Positions 26,107 through 34,024 of a DNA stretch of 53,579 nt are shown here, piece after piece (the stretch's first letter is position 1; each line of letters opens with the position of its first letter). Under the pieces are notes generated by a model, which did no database searches, was not told the origin of the DNA, and saw only the letters and a program-made list of their open reading frames with translations. Made by a program: the position numbers and the translations under genes. The DNA comes from Candidatus Levyibacteriota bacterium (GTDB lineage Bacteria > Patescibacteriota > Microgenomatia > Levybacterales > GWA1-39-11), in NCBI GenBank assembly GCA_050255815.1, contig JBLMVJ010000020.1, positions 1 to 53,579 on the forward strand. Reading direction: 5' to 3'.

Positions 26107-27623
26107 TGTCAGAGAAAAAAAAGAAGGCCTCCTTCCAGGCCCAGCAATGGATGATACTCACTACCGTTATGATTGCCTCTTTTTTGGGGAGGCTTGACGG
26201 TACTATTGTAAACCTGGCACTGCCTAAAATTATTACCGATTTTGGCATCACGGTTTCCCAGGCCAGTTGGATTTCTACGGCATACATTATTGCAAACGCT
26301 ATTTTTGTCCCTATTTTTGGAAAACTGGGAGATTTAATAGGACGCAAATCGCTCTATATTTTTGGTATAGTCGGGTTTACCATTACTTCTGCTTTGGCCG
26401 GCCTTTCTTTTAACCTTCCATCTATGGTGATTTTCCGTATCCTGCAGGCAATTACCGTATCTATTGATTATCCTATTGCGCTTTCAATTATTGCCTATGA
26501 ATTTAAAGACCGCGGACAGCGTGCCCAAGCCATGGGATTGTGGTCTGCTGTTTTTGCCGGGGCTGCAGTTTTTGGTCCGCTTTTGGGAGGTCCGTTAATT
26601 GACGTTTTCTCCTGGCGTTCTGTGTTTTATATCAATATTCCATTAGGGATTATAGGCACCTATATGGCATGGCAGTTTATCCATGAGCCAAAAAGGGAAA
26701 TAAAAGGAGTGAAGAATTTTGACGTTTTAGGTTCTTTGCTTTTAGGTATATCGCTCGGCGTTCTTGTACTGGTTTTGGACCAGGGACAATCCTGGGGATG
26801 GACCAGCCGGAATAGCATTATCTCTTATGTTATTACTATTGCCTCTATGCTTCTATTCCTTTTTGTTGAAAGCCGCCAGAAAGAGCCGGTTGTTGATTTA
26901 AAATTCTTTAAAATCCCTACCTTTTCAGCAGCTATAGTCACTTCATTTATTTCTTTCATGGGTATGATAGGCGGAATTTTTTTGATTCCTATTTTTGTAC
27001 AAACATACCTGGGATATTCCGTGACTAAAACCGGATATTTATTTATCCCTATGGCTTTTGGTATTGGAGTTTCTGCCCAGATTGGAGCCAGGCTTTCTGC
27101 CCGGATTCAGCCCCGCATTATCACCGCTTTTGGCATGGCAGTATCTGCAGCAGCTTTATATTTTCTGTTTTCCGGAATTGACGTAAAATGGGGAGCCTGG
27201 GATGTTATCTGGAGGTTAACTCTCTTTGCGGCAGGATTGGGAATAGGTCTTTCTCCGTTAACGAATGCTGCAACTTCAACGGTTCCTATCCATGAAGTTG
27301 GTATTGCGTCTTCAGTATTAGCTTTGGCACGCAATATCTCAGGGGCTTTTGGTGTTGCTATTTTCGCAACTATCTTAACAGATAGTACTACCCGCCAGTT
27401 GGTAACCCTGCAAAAATATTCTGTGATAAATTCAACGGACCCGGTAGCAATCCAAACATACATGGGTTTATTGGCAGTAAAAGCAAATGTGTTGGCATAC
27501 TCAACCGTGTTTAAAGTGGCCGGAGTCTTGTTGGGCTTAGGAGCAGTATCTGCGTTATTTGTGAAAGAGAGTAAGCGTGATTTTGGGGCAGTGCCGGAAG
27601 AGCATCAGATGATAGAAATGTAG
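26103..27623 (+). CDS. MFS transporter, DHA2 (EmrB/QacA, 14-TMS) family
   Basis: 506 aa. LDGTIVNLALPKI, GKLGDLIGRK (motif A) and 14 hydrophobic segments. Confidence 0.9.
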   Translation: MMSEKKKKASFQAQQWMILTTVMIASFLGRLDGTIVNLALPKIITDFGITVSQASWISTAYIIANAIFVPIFGKLGDLIGRKSLYIFGIVGFTITSALAGLSFNLPSMVIFRILQAITVSIDYPIALSIIAYEFKDRGQRAQAMGLWSAVFAGAAVFGPLLGGPLIDVFSWRSVFYINIPLGIIGTYMAWQFIHEPKREIKGVKNFDVLGSLLLGISLGVLVLVLDQGQSWGWTSRNSIISYVITIASMLLFLFVESRQKEPVVDLKFFKIPTFSAAIVTSFISFMGMIGGIFLIPIFVQTYLGYSVTKTGYLFIPMAFGIGVSAQIGARLSARIQPRIITAFGMAVSAAALYFLFSGIDVKWGAWDVIWRLTLFAAGLGIGLSPLTNAATSTVPIHEVGIASSVLALARNISGAFGVAIFATILTDSTTRQLVTLQKYSVINSTDPVAIQTYMGLLAVKANVLAYSTVFKVAGVLLGLGAVSALFVKESKRDFGAVPEEHQMIEM

Positions 27624-27690
27624 AACATTTATATCCTCCGTGCCGGATGAAAGAAATGTAGAACATTTATATCCTCCGTGCCGGATGAAA
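27615..27690 (+). repeat. Perfect 38-bp tandem duplication (2 copies) spanning the MFS gene stop codon
   Basis: GAAATGTAGAACATTTATATCCTCCGTGCCGGATGAAA at 27615-27652 is repeated exactly at 27653-27690. Confidence 0.95.
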
Positions 27691-27693
27691 TAG

Positions 27694-29124
27694 TTATATG
27701 GTTTGAAGGGTAAAGTGGAATATACTTCCTTTCGGTTTATTTGCATCAACCCAGAGTTTTCCCCGGTGACCCTTTATTATTTCTTGAGTGATATATAGTC
27801 CTAATCCAAATCCTTTCGTACTATTTCTATCAATCTGATAGAAACGCTGGAAAATAAGGTCTCTTTGCTCTTCAGGTATTCCGCCTCCGGAATCTTTGAC
27901 TGAAACCTCTGTCTTTCCATCTTCTTCCTGCTTTACATAAACCTGAATCTCTGAAAATATGGGAGAATATTTTGCAGCATTTGAAATAAGGTTTATGAGC
28001 ACTTGCTCTATCCGCATGGGATCCGCTATTACCTGCATTTTTATTTTTTTATTATTATAGGTAATTTTATGGTGCTTGTAGATGATCTGCATTTTTTTTA
28101 TTACGCCCAGGATCAGTTTGTTAAGGTCGGTGCATTCAAAAAGCATATGTAGTTTTTGGGTCTCAATCCTTGAATCATCCAGAATATCATTAATTAATAG
28201 GTTCAGCCTGTTCAATTCTGTGTTAATCAGATTGAATTCGCTTATTTTCATCTGGTCCATCCCATATTTTTTAATTTTTCTCAGATGGGATTCTGATATA
28301 AGTTTTAATGTAGTGAGTGGTGTTTTTAATTCATGGGCAGCTGTGGATAAGAATTCCGCCTTTAGTTCTTCCAACTTCTTCTTTTTGGTAATATCCCTGA
28401 TGCCGCCCACCAGCGCAATAGGCTTACCATAATGTTTAATTACGGAAGCAGTTAGCCAGATAGAGAAAGTAGACCCGTTTTTATGTTTTACTTCAATTTC
28501 CCCTGACCAGTACCCCTTTTTCCTTAAAGTAGGGAGAATTATTTTTTCTGCAAAAAGAGGATCCTTATTCATATCATTGACTGATTTTCCTTGCAGCTCT
28601 TTGGGTGGAAATCCATATATCCGTTCCACTGATTTATTAGAAAAGAGTATTTTTCCATCAAGTCCTACTATTTGGATACCGTCATCAGCTGCTTCTAGAG
28701 CTTTTGCGAAAAGCTGCAGCCGCTTTTCCATCTGCATATGTCTTGAGATGTCGCGGGTAATCGTAGAAAAACCTATTGTTTCTCCTTTCCTGTCTTTAAT
28801 GGGAGAAATAGTAATAGAAACCTGTACCAGTCTTTTGTCTTTTGTTAAACGTTCAGTTTCATAGTTGGATACAACTCTGTGTCTGGCAAGTATTTCGAAA
28901 AGTTTTATGATCTCGCCTTTCTTCTGGGACGGCACAATAATGTCTACGTTTTTACCTAAAACTTCTTGCTCTGTGTATCCATAAAGCTTTTCTGCAGCCG
29001 GATTCCAGGATGTAATTCTTCTTTTGAGGTCTGTGCCGATAATAGAGTCGTTAGAAGAGTTGACCAAGAAATCTAAATGAGCTTTAATGGCAGCATGGCT
29101 TTTATGTACCAGCTTAGATCTCAT
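27694..29124 (-). CDS. Cytoplasmic sensor histidine kinase with two PAS domains
   Basis: 476 aa, no TM helix. Two PAS-like repeats (ITSWNPAAEKLYGYTEQEVLG and ILFSNKSVERIYGFPPKELQG). H-box STAAHELKTPLT, then N, G1 (KDSGGGIP) and G2 (GFGLGL) boxes. Confidence 0.85.
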   Translation of the reverse strand: MRSKLVHKSHAAIKAHLDFLVNSSNDSIIGTDLKRRITSWNPAAEKLYGYTEQEVLGKNVDIIVPSQKKGEIIKLFEILARHRVVSNYETERLTKDKRLVQVSITISPIKDRKGETIGFSTITRDISRHMQMEKRLQLFAKALEAADDGIQIVGLDGKILFSNKSVERIYGFPPKELQGKSVNDMNKDPLFAEKIILPTLRKKGYWSGEIEVKHKNGSTFSIWLTASVIKHYGKPIALVGGIRDITKKKKLEELKAEFLSTAAHELKTPLTTLKLISESHLRKIKKYGMDQMKISEFNLINTELNRLNLLINDILDDSRIETQKLHMLFECTDLNKLILGVIKKMQIIYKHHKITYNNKKIKMQVIADPMRIEQVLINLISNAAKYSPIFSEIQVYVKQEEDGKTEVSVKDSGGGIPEEQRDLIFQRFYQIDRNSTKGFGLGLYITQEIIKGHRGKLWVDANKPKGSIFHFTLQTI

Positions 29125-29169
29125 GGCAGTTACATACTATAACACCTTATTTTTGTTTTCTCAAGTCTG

Positions 29170-29364
29170 TTACATCTTGAGGAGTTCCAGGATGCGGTAG
29201 AGTAAGAATCCGGGCCATAAAACTGCCTTAAGAATTCCAAACAACCCCTCCGTTAACGTATGGGAATGTTGAAGGTAGTAAATAAGGGCGCCAACCAACC
29301 CCATACCATATACCGCACTTCCTCCTGATTGATGGTTAATTTGCTTCCATGATTTATTTGCCAT
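29170..29364 (-). CDS. Hypothetical 64-aa two-TM membrane protein
   Basis: Two hydrophobic helices (AVYGMGLVGALIYYL and LFGILKAVLWPGFLLY). No family recognised. Confidence 0.4.
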   Translation of the reverse strand: MANKSWKQINHQSGGSAVYGMGLVGALIYYLQHSHTLTEGLFGILKAVLWPGFLLYRILELLKM

Positions 29365-29419
29365 ACCATTACTGTACTCCTTGTCTTATGGGAAATCAAC
29401 CAAGTATAGATAGGGGAAA

Positions 29420-29517
29420 GATGTAGGTTATAGGACTTAAGATATACGAAATTTCTTAGGTCTTACGTCTTACATCATAAGTCTATCCACCAGAAGTTAG
29501 AAGCTAGGATCTAATCA
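29420..29517 (+). repeat. Heptamer-phased tract 2, forming a long imperfect hairpin upstream of tspO
   Basis: GATGTAG GTTATAG GACTTAA GATATAC ... CTTAGGT CTTACGT CTTACAT CATAAGT ... TTAGAAG CTAGGAT CTAATCA. The arm at 29420-29441 pairs with 29455-29476 (22 positions, 4 G-U pairs, 2 mismatches). Confidence 0.8.
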
Positions 29518-29557
29518 TTGACACTTTTCCTTTTTTCTTACATACTTATATATAGCA

Positions 29558-30031
29558 ATGAGAGATCTGCCTAAGTTGATTGCTTCAGTTGTTCTATGTG
29601 AAGGCGTGGGAATTATTGCTTCTTTTTTCACCATCCCTTCTATTCCTACCTGGTATGCCCACCTGACTAAACCTGGCTTTTCCCCTCCTGATTGGCTTTT
29701 TGGTCCTGTATGGATTCTCTTATATTTTCTTATGGGAATTTCTTTATATTTAGTTTGGCGGGAAGGGTTGCATAAGAAAAAAGTGCATATAGCAGTGAAC
29801 TATTTTTTGCTCCAGCTGGGGTTCAATTTCTTTTGGAGTATTATTTTCTTTGGTATGCACCAGCCGTTTTTAGCCCTCATAGATATAGCGGCAATGCTGT
29901 ATGCTATCATTATGACCATGGAGCATTTTAAACTTGTTTCAAAACCTGCTATGTATTTGCTGGTCCCCTACCTGGCGTGGGTTACTTTTGCTACCATCCT
30001 GAATTTTTCTATAGTATTACTCAACATATAA
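29558..30031 (+). CDS. tspO: TspO/MBR family tryptophan-rich sensory protein
   Basis: 157 aa, 5 TM helices. WYAHLTKPGFSPPDWLFGPVWILLY and LVPYLAWVTFATILN are typical. Confidence 0.85.
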   Translation: MRDLPKLIASVVLCEGVGIIASFFTIPSIPTWYAHLTKPGFSPPDWLFGPVWILLYFLMGISLYLVWREGLHKKKVHIAVNYFLLQLGFNFFWSIIFFGMHQPFLALIDIAAMLYAIIMTMEHFKLVSKPAMYLLVPYLAWVTFATILNFSIVLLNI

Positions 30032-30046
30032 TTCCTGTATCCAGGT

Positions 30047-30081
30047 AATACTTAATTCTGAATACTTGATACTTAATACTC
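30047..30081 (+). repeat. Heptamer-phased tract 3: AATACTT AATTCTG AATACTT GATACTT AATACTC
   Basis: Read directly. Lies between the convergent tspO and mgtA-like genes. TAC occurs at 30049, 30063, 30070 and 30077. Confidence 0.8.
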
Positions 30082-30083
30082 TT

Positions 30084-32642
30084 TCAGAGGCTGTACTTCT
30101 TCAAAAACACTTTTTTCAGCGATTCAACCAGGACCAGGTAGGTTGATACCAGGATAATAAGAATGAAAAAGTACAGAGGCGGTGGAGTCACAAACCCTAA
30201 CGTTTTTGCAAGAGGAGAGAAAGGTATAAGTAAAGATGCTAAGACAATCCCAACGCACGTTATCAGTAACCACTTTCCCGGGCGGCTCATAAAAAACGGA
30301 CTGCGGGAAGTCCGGATTACAAAGACTACCAGGATTTCTGTTGCCATAGATTCTATAAACCAACCCGTTTGGAAGAGGGCGCCCTGTGCCTTGAAGAGAA
30401 AGAGCATAACGCCAAAAGTCAGAAAATCGTAAAGGGAACTGATAGGACCAAAGAAAATCATATAATTTCTAATGAAATTGATATTCCAATGCCGTGGTTT
30501 CAGAAGGGATTCATGGTCTACATTATCAGAAGGGATAGAAAGTTGTGATAAGTCATAAAGCCCATTGGTTAGTAGAATCTGTACCGGGCTCATAGGGAGA
30601 AACGGTAGAAAAAAAGATGCACCGGCAGCAGAGAACATATTCCCAAAGTTTGAGCTGGTGCCCATAAGGATGTATTTAATGGTGTTGTTAAATGTTTTAC
30701 GGCCTTCTATAATCCCGTCAGCAATTACATCCAGGCTTTTTCTGAGAAGTACAATTGCCGCCGCGTCTTTTGCTACGTCTATTGCCGTATTTACTGAAAT
30801 GCCTACATCAGCATTCCGCAGTGATGGTATATCATTGATCCCGTCTCCCAGGTAACCTACCGTATGGCCATTATCTTTTAACACTTTAATAATCCGTAGT
30901 TTCTGCTCCGGGTTTACCCGGGCAAAAATATTTACATCCAAAACTTTTTTCTGCAATTCCGTGTCTGACAATTTATCTATTTCATTCCCCAGTAAAATTC
31001 CTTCTACCTCCATCCCTACCTCTTTGCAGACTTTTTGGGTAACTATTTCATTGTCCCCGGTAATTACCTTCACTGCTACATTCAGGTGTTTTAACTTGAC
31101 TAGTGCTTCTTTTGTAGAAACTTTTGGAATATCCAGAAAGGTGAGATACCCCTGGAAATCCAGTCCTTCCACATCTTTCCATGAATAAGCATCTTTTTTC
31201 TTTACTTTTTTTACCGCAACGGCAACCAGCCGCAGGCCTTCATTGTTCAACTCTTCAAATTTCTTCTTTAAATTATGCACTTCTTCTGTTTGTTTACAGT
31301 ATTCTAAAATAGACTGTGGAGCGCCTTTTGCAATAAGGGTGGCTTCATCTTTTTCCCAAATTACTGAGTACATTGCTTTGCGGTTATAATCAAAAGGCTC
31401 ATCCTCTAGTTTAGTGACCGTATCTGCGTGTTTTATATTGTGTTTCATAGCGTATTTCCAGATAGCCGCATCTATGCCGTTCCCAATTGCTTTATGGTGG
31501 ATAATTGCGTTGTTACAATGAAGGGCATTTAATAGTACATGTCCATCCTTCTGTCCTTCCCGGTTAAAAAAATCAACCAGCTCTATATTTCCCTCCGTAA
31601 GCGTTCCTGTTTTATCAGTGCAGAGCGTGTCCATGTTCCCCAAATTTTCTATAGCAATCAGCTGTTTTGCGACTACATGTTTTTTTGCCAGTTTTCCCGC
31701 TCCATGGGACAAGCTGACTGTTACAATGACCGGCAATAGTTCCGGAGTTAAACCTACCGCTATAGCAAGTGAAAATAAAAGCGATTCCAGAAAGTGATGG
31801 CCTAAAAATGCATTGATAACAAAAATCAAAAGAGTGAGGGTTAGAATTACTTTGACTAAAAGCTTTCCGAAACCGGTAAGTCCCTTTTCAAAATCTGTTT
31901 CCGGTTTTATGAATACCGTACTTTTTGCAATTTTTCCAAATTCCGTATCTTTTCCAATCCTCAAAATAACTCCTTTTCCTGATCCGCTATCAACGGAGGT
32001 CCCCATGAAGGCAACATTAGAAATACCTCCAATCCCTTCAGGCTCTTTTAAAAGTGCATCTGCCGTTTTGAATGAGGTCTTGGATTCCCCGGTGAGTGCA
32101 GACTGGTTAATTTCTAAATCATTTGTCTGTATGAGGCGCAAGTCTGCAGGAATAATACTTCCCTGGGATAGCAAGACTACATCCCCTACCGTTAAAGTGG
32201 CTACGGGAATTTCAATTTTCTCGTCATTGCGTATGACTAAAGCGGTAGGTGAAATTTTCTTGAGTAAGTTATCTATGGTCCTTTCTGCGCCGTATTCATT
32301 CCAAAAGCCCAAAATAACACTTACTAAAATCATGCCAAAGATATAGTAAGAGCTTATCTGCTGCCCCAAAAGAAAAGAGACAAAAGTAGCAACAGCCAGG
32401 ATGATGATAAGGGGATTGCTCTTAAATTGGCGGAATATGATTGAGAACATATTAACCTTACGTTTATGGATAGTGTTCAGGCCATATTTTTTCTGCCGTT
32501 CTATTACCTGAGATTCCGTAAGCCCTGATAAGCGGGTTTCCAGGCGGGTGAGTATGTCTTCATAGTTCAACTTCCAAAATTCCTGATCCAGTTTTTCTTC
32601 CGGCATACTTTTATGGTACAGGAGATGGGTAAGTGCTTTCAA
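30084..32642 (-). CDS. mgtA: Magnesium-importing P-type ATPase (P3B, MgtA-like)
   Basis: LTGES, DKTGTLT, GDGINDIPSLRNADVGISV, and the MgtA-specific LPMSPVQILLTNGLYDLSQLSIPSDNVD...KPRHWN...FFGPISSLYDFLTF. TTG 32642 is the longest start; ATG 32606 (MPEEKL) is the likelier one. Confidence 0.85.
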   Translation of the reverse strand: MKALTHLLYHKSMPEEKLDQEFWKLNYEDILTRLETRLSGLTESQVIERQKKYGLNTIHKRKVNMFSIIFRQFKSNPLIIILAVATFVSFLLGQQISSYYIFGMILVSVILGFWNEYGAERTIDNLLKKISPTALVIRNDEKIEIPVATLTVGDVVLLSQGSIIPADLRLIQTNDLEINQSALTGESKTSFKTADALLKEPEGIGGISNVAFMGTSVDSGSGKGVILRIGKDTEFGKIAKSTVFIKPETDFEKGLTGFGKLLVKVILTLTLLIFVINAFLGHHFLESLLFSLAIAVGLTPELLPVIVTVSLSHGAGKLAKKHVVAKQLIAIENLGNMDTLCTDKTGTLTEGNIELVDFFNREGQKDGHVLLNALHCNNAIIHHKAIGNGIDAAIWKYAMKHNIKHADTVTKLEDEPFDYNRKAMYSVIWEKDEATLIAKGAPQSILEYCKQTEEVHNLKKKFEELNNEGLRLVAVAVKKVKKKDAYSWKDVEGLDFQGYLTFLDIPKVSTKEALVKLKHLNVAVKVITGDNEIVTQKVCKEVGMEVEGILLGNEIDKLSDTELQKKVLDVNIFARVNPEQKLRIIKVLKDNGHTVGYLGDGINDIPSLRNADVGISVNTAIDVAKDAAAIVLLRKSLDVIADGIIEGRKTFNNTIKYILMGTSSNFGNMFSAAGASFFLPFLPMSPVQILLTNGLYDLSQLSIPSDNVDHESLLKPRHWNINFIRNYMIFFGPISSLYDFLTFGVMLFLFKAQGALFQTGWFIESMATEILVVFVIRTSRSPFFMSRPGKWLLITCVGIVLASLLIPFSPLAKTLGFVTPPPLYFFILIILVSTYLVLVESLKKVFLKKYSL

Positions 32643-32699
32643 CCGGAGGAAACTTACTGCGGCTATTGCATCCTATTTTTATTTTTGCTTAAATAATTA

Positions 32700-32805
32700 T
32701 TGCATTCTGAGAGATAGGTAGAGTATCGGCTCTGTGACCTATCCGGCAACCCTCATAGCATGGGTGCCAAACCGGCCAAGAATGCGGTTTTGCAACAAAC
32801 TATGA
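32700..32805 (+). promoter_or_regulatory. SAM riboswitch of the SAM-I clan (SAM-I/IV- or SAM-IV-like, no internal P4)
   Basis: P1 GCATTCT (32702-08) pairs with AGAATGC (32779-85). J1/2 GAGAG. P2 ATAGGT..ACCTAT with inner AGAG/CTCT. Invariant CGGCAACC. P3 ACCC-TCATAGCAT-GGGT, then GCCAAACC. The element sits directly upstream of metK. Confidence 0.7.
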
Positions 32806-33929
32806 AAGACTTCATATTTACCTCAGAATCTGTCTGCGCGGGACATCCGGATAAAATTTGTGACCAGGTTAGCGATGCTATTGTTGATGCGGTACTGGAA
32901 AAAGATCCAAAAGGCAGAGTTGCGGTTGAAACATTAGTCACTGAAAATAAAATTGTGCTGGCAGGGGAAGTTACTACCGGTGCAAAAATTAATTTTGAAA
33001 AAATATCGCGGGAAACTATTAAAAAGCTTGGTTATACAAATCCCCATTTAAAATTTACCAATGAATCTCCTTTAGAAATATATATCCACCAGCAGTCACG
33101 TGAAATTGCTGCAGGTGTGGATACGGATGGGGCAGGGGACCAGGGAATGATGTTTGGATTTGCTTGTACAGACACTCCTGAGTATATGCCCATGCCCGTA
33201 ACGCTGGCGCACAAGCTTGCGGAAAAGATTGATGAGGCAAGAGTTTCAAAAAAGTTACCATATCTGCGTCCTGATGGGAAGACGCAAGTAAGCGTTCTGT
33301 ATAAAGATGGCCAACCGTATAAAATCACCTCTGTTGTAATAGCAGTTCCCCATGATGAAAACAAAAAACTTAAAGAAGTAAAGGAGGATATCTTTGAACA
33401 AGTGGTAAAACCTATGCTTTCCGGTTATGGATTTTCAATTGAGCCGGATAAGCTTCTGGTAAATGGGACAGGAGTCTGGCATATAGGGGGACCGGCAAGT
33501 GATACCGGGGTAACAGGGAGAAAAATTGTAGTTGATACCTATGGGGGATTTGCACGGGTAGGAGGAGGTGCTTTTTCCGGTAAGGACCCCACAAAAGTAG
33601 ACCGGTCGGGTGCATATGCAGCACGTTTTTTGGCAAAAAATATAGTAGCAGCAGGATTGGCTGACAAAGCAGAAGTACAACTGGCTTATTGTATAGGACA
33701 ATGCAGGCCTACCATGCAGGAGGTGGAAACATTTGGGACAGGAAAAGTTCCAAAGAAAAAGATACAACAATTCATGGCTGACCTTTTAGATACTTCTGTG
33801 AAAGGAATACTTGAAACTTTAGACTTGAGAAAGCCCCGGTATCTCAAGACTGCTGCCTACGGCCACTTTGGCAGAGAAGGGTTCCCATGGGAGCAGGTGA
33901 GGGTAAAGGGTCAAGGGTCAAGGGGTTAG
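32802..33929 (+). CDS. metK: S-adenosylmethionine synthase
   Basis: FTSESVCAGHPDKICDQVSDAIVDA, GAGDQGMMFGFA, GGPASDTGVTGRKIVVDTYGG and GGGAFSGKDPTKVDRSGAY. ATG 32802 was chosen because the upstream ATG 32760 lies inside the riboswitch. Confidence 0.9.
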   Translation: MKDFIFTSESVCAGHPDKICDQVSDAIVDAVLEKDPKGRVAVETLVTENKIVLAGEVTTGAKINFEKISRETIKKLGYTNPHLKFTNESPLEIYIHQQSREIAAGVDTDGAGDQGMMFGFACTDTPEYMPMPVTLAHKLAEKIDEARVSKKLPYLRPDGKTQVSVLYKDGQPYKITSVVIAVPHDENKKLKEVKEDIFEQVVKPMLSGYGFSIEPDKLLVNGTGVWHIGGPASDTGVTGRKIVVDTYGGFARVGGGAFSGKDPTKVDRSGAYAARFLAKNIVAAGLADKAEVQLAYCIGQCRPTMQEVETFGTGKVPKKKIQQFMADLLDTSVKGILETLDLRKPRYLKTAAYGHFGREGFPWEQVRVKGQGSRG

Positions 33930-33971
33930 TAATTATTTATACCTATACCCTAAACCCTAAATCCTATTCCC
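33902..33971 (+). repeat. Heptamer-phased tract 4: GGTAAAG GGTCAAG GGTCAAG GGGTTAG ... TATACCC TAAACCC TAAATCC TATTCCC
   Basis: Read directly. The two arms are imperfectly complementary, with periodic internal mismatches. The G-rich arm encodes the last residues of metK (KGQGSRG). Confidence 0.8.
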
Positions 33972-34024
33972 TGTGTTAACCATTTTATTACTCATTTTTA
34001 ATCTTAATAAAAACCTTTTTTGGT

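Noticed and set aside
27615-27690. The 38-bp repeat as a minimal CRISPR array
   Set aside because: The two copies are directly adjacent with no spacer. No further repeats and no cas genes are present in the window.
30068-30080. Exact 13-mer GATACTTAATACT, inverted copy at 51897-51909, as evidence for a mobile element or inverted repeats bounding a 21.8-kb segment
   Set aside because: A 13-nt match is expected by chance in an AT-rich 53-kb window. It is better explained by both sites belonging to the same heptamer family. No transposase or target duplication was seen.
32607-32700. Mg2+ (M-box) riboswitch upstream of the mgtA-like gene, and T-box leaders upstream of cysS, aspS and gltX
   Set aside because: The available upstream spacers are too short: under 100 nt for mgtA, and 72, 68 or fewer nt for cysS and gltX. 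The 194-nt aspS upstream region shows no T-box sequence (no AATTAGGGTGGTACCGCG-like motif).
33944-33964. CCCTAAA CCCTAAA, identical to the plant-type telomere repeat unit
   Set aside because: Only two units are present, embedded in a degenerate heptamer arm complementary to the upstream G-rich arm. The context is an internal bacterial intergenic region, not a replicon end.
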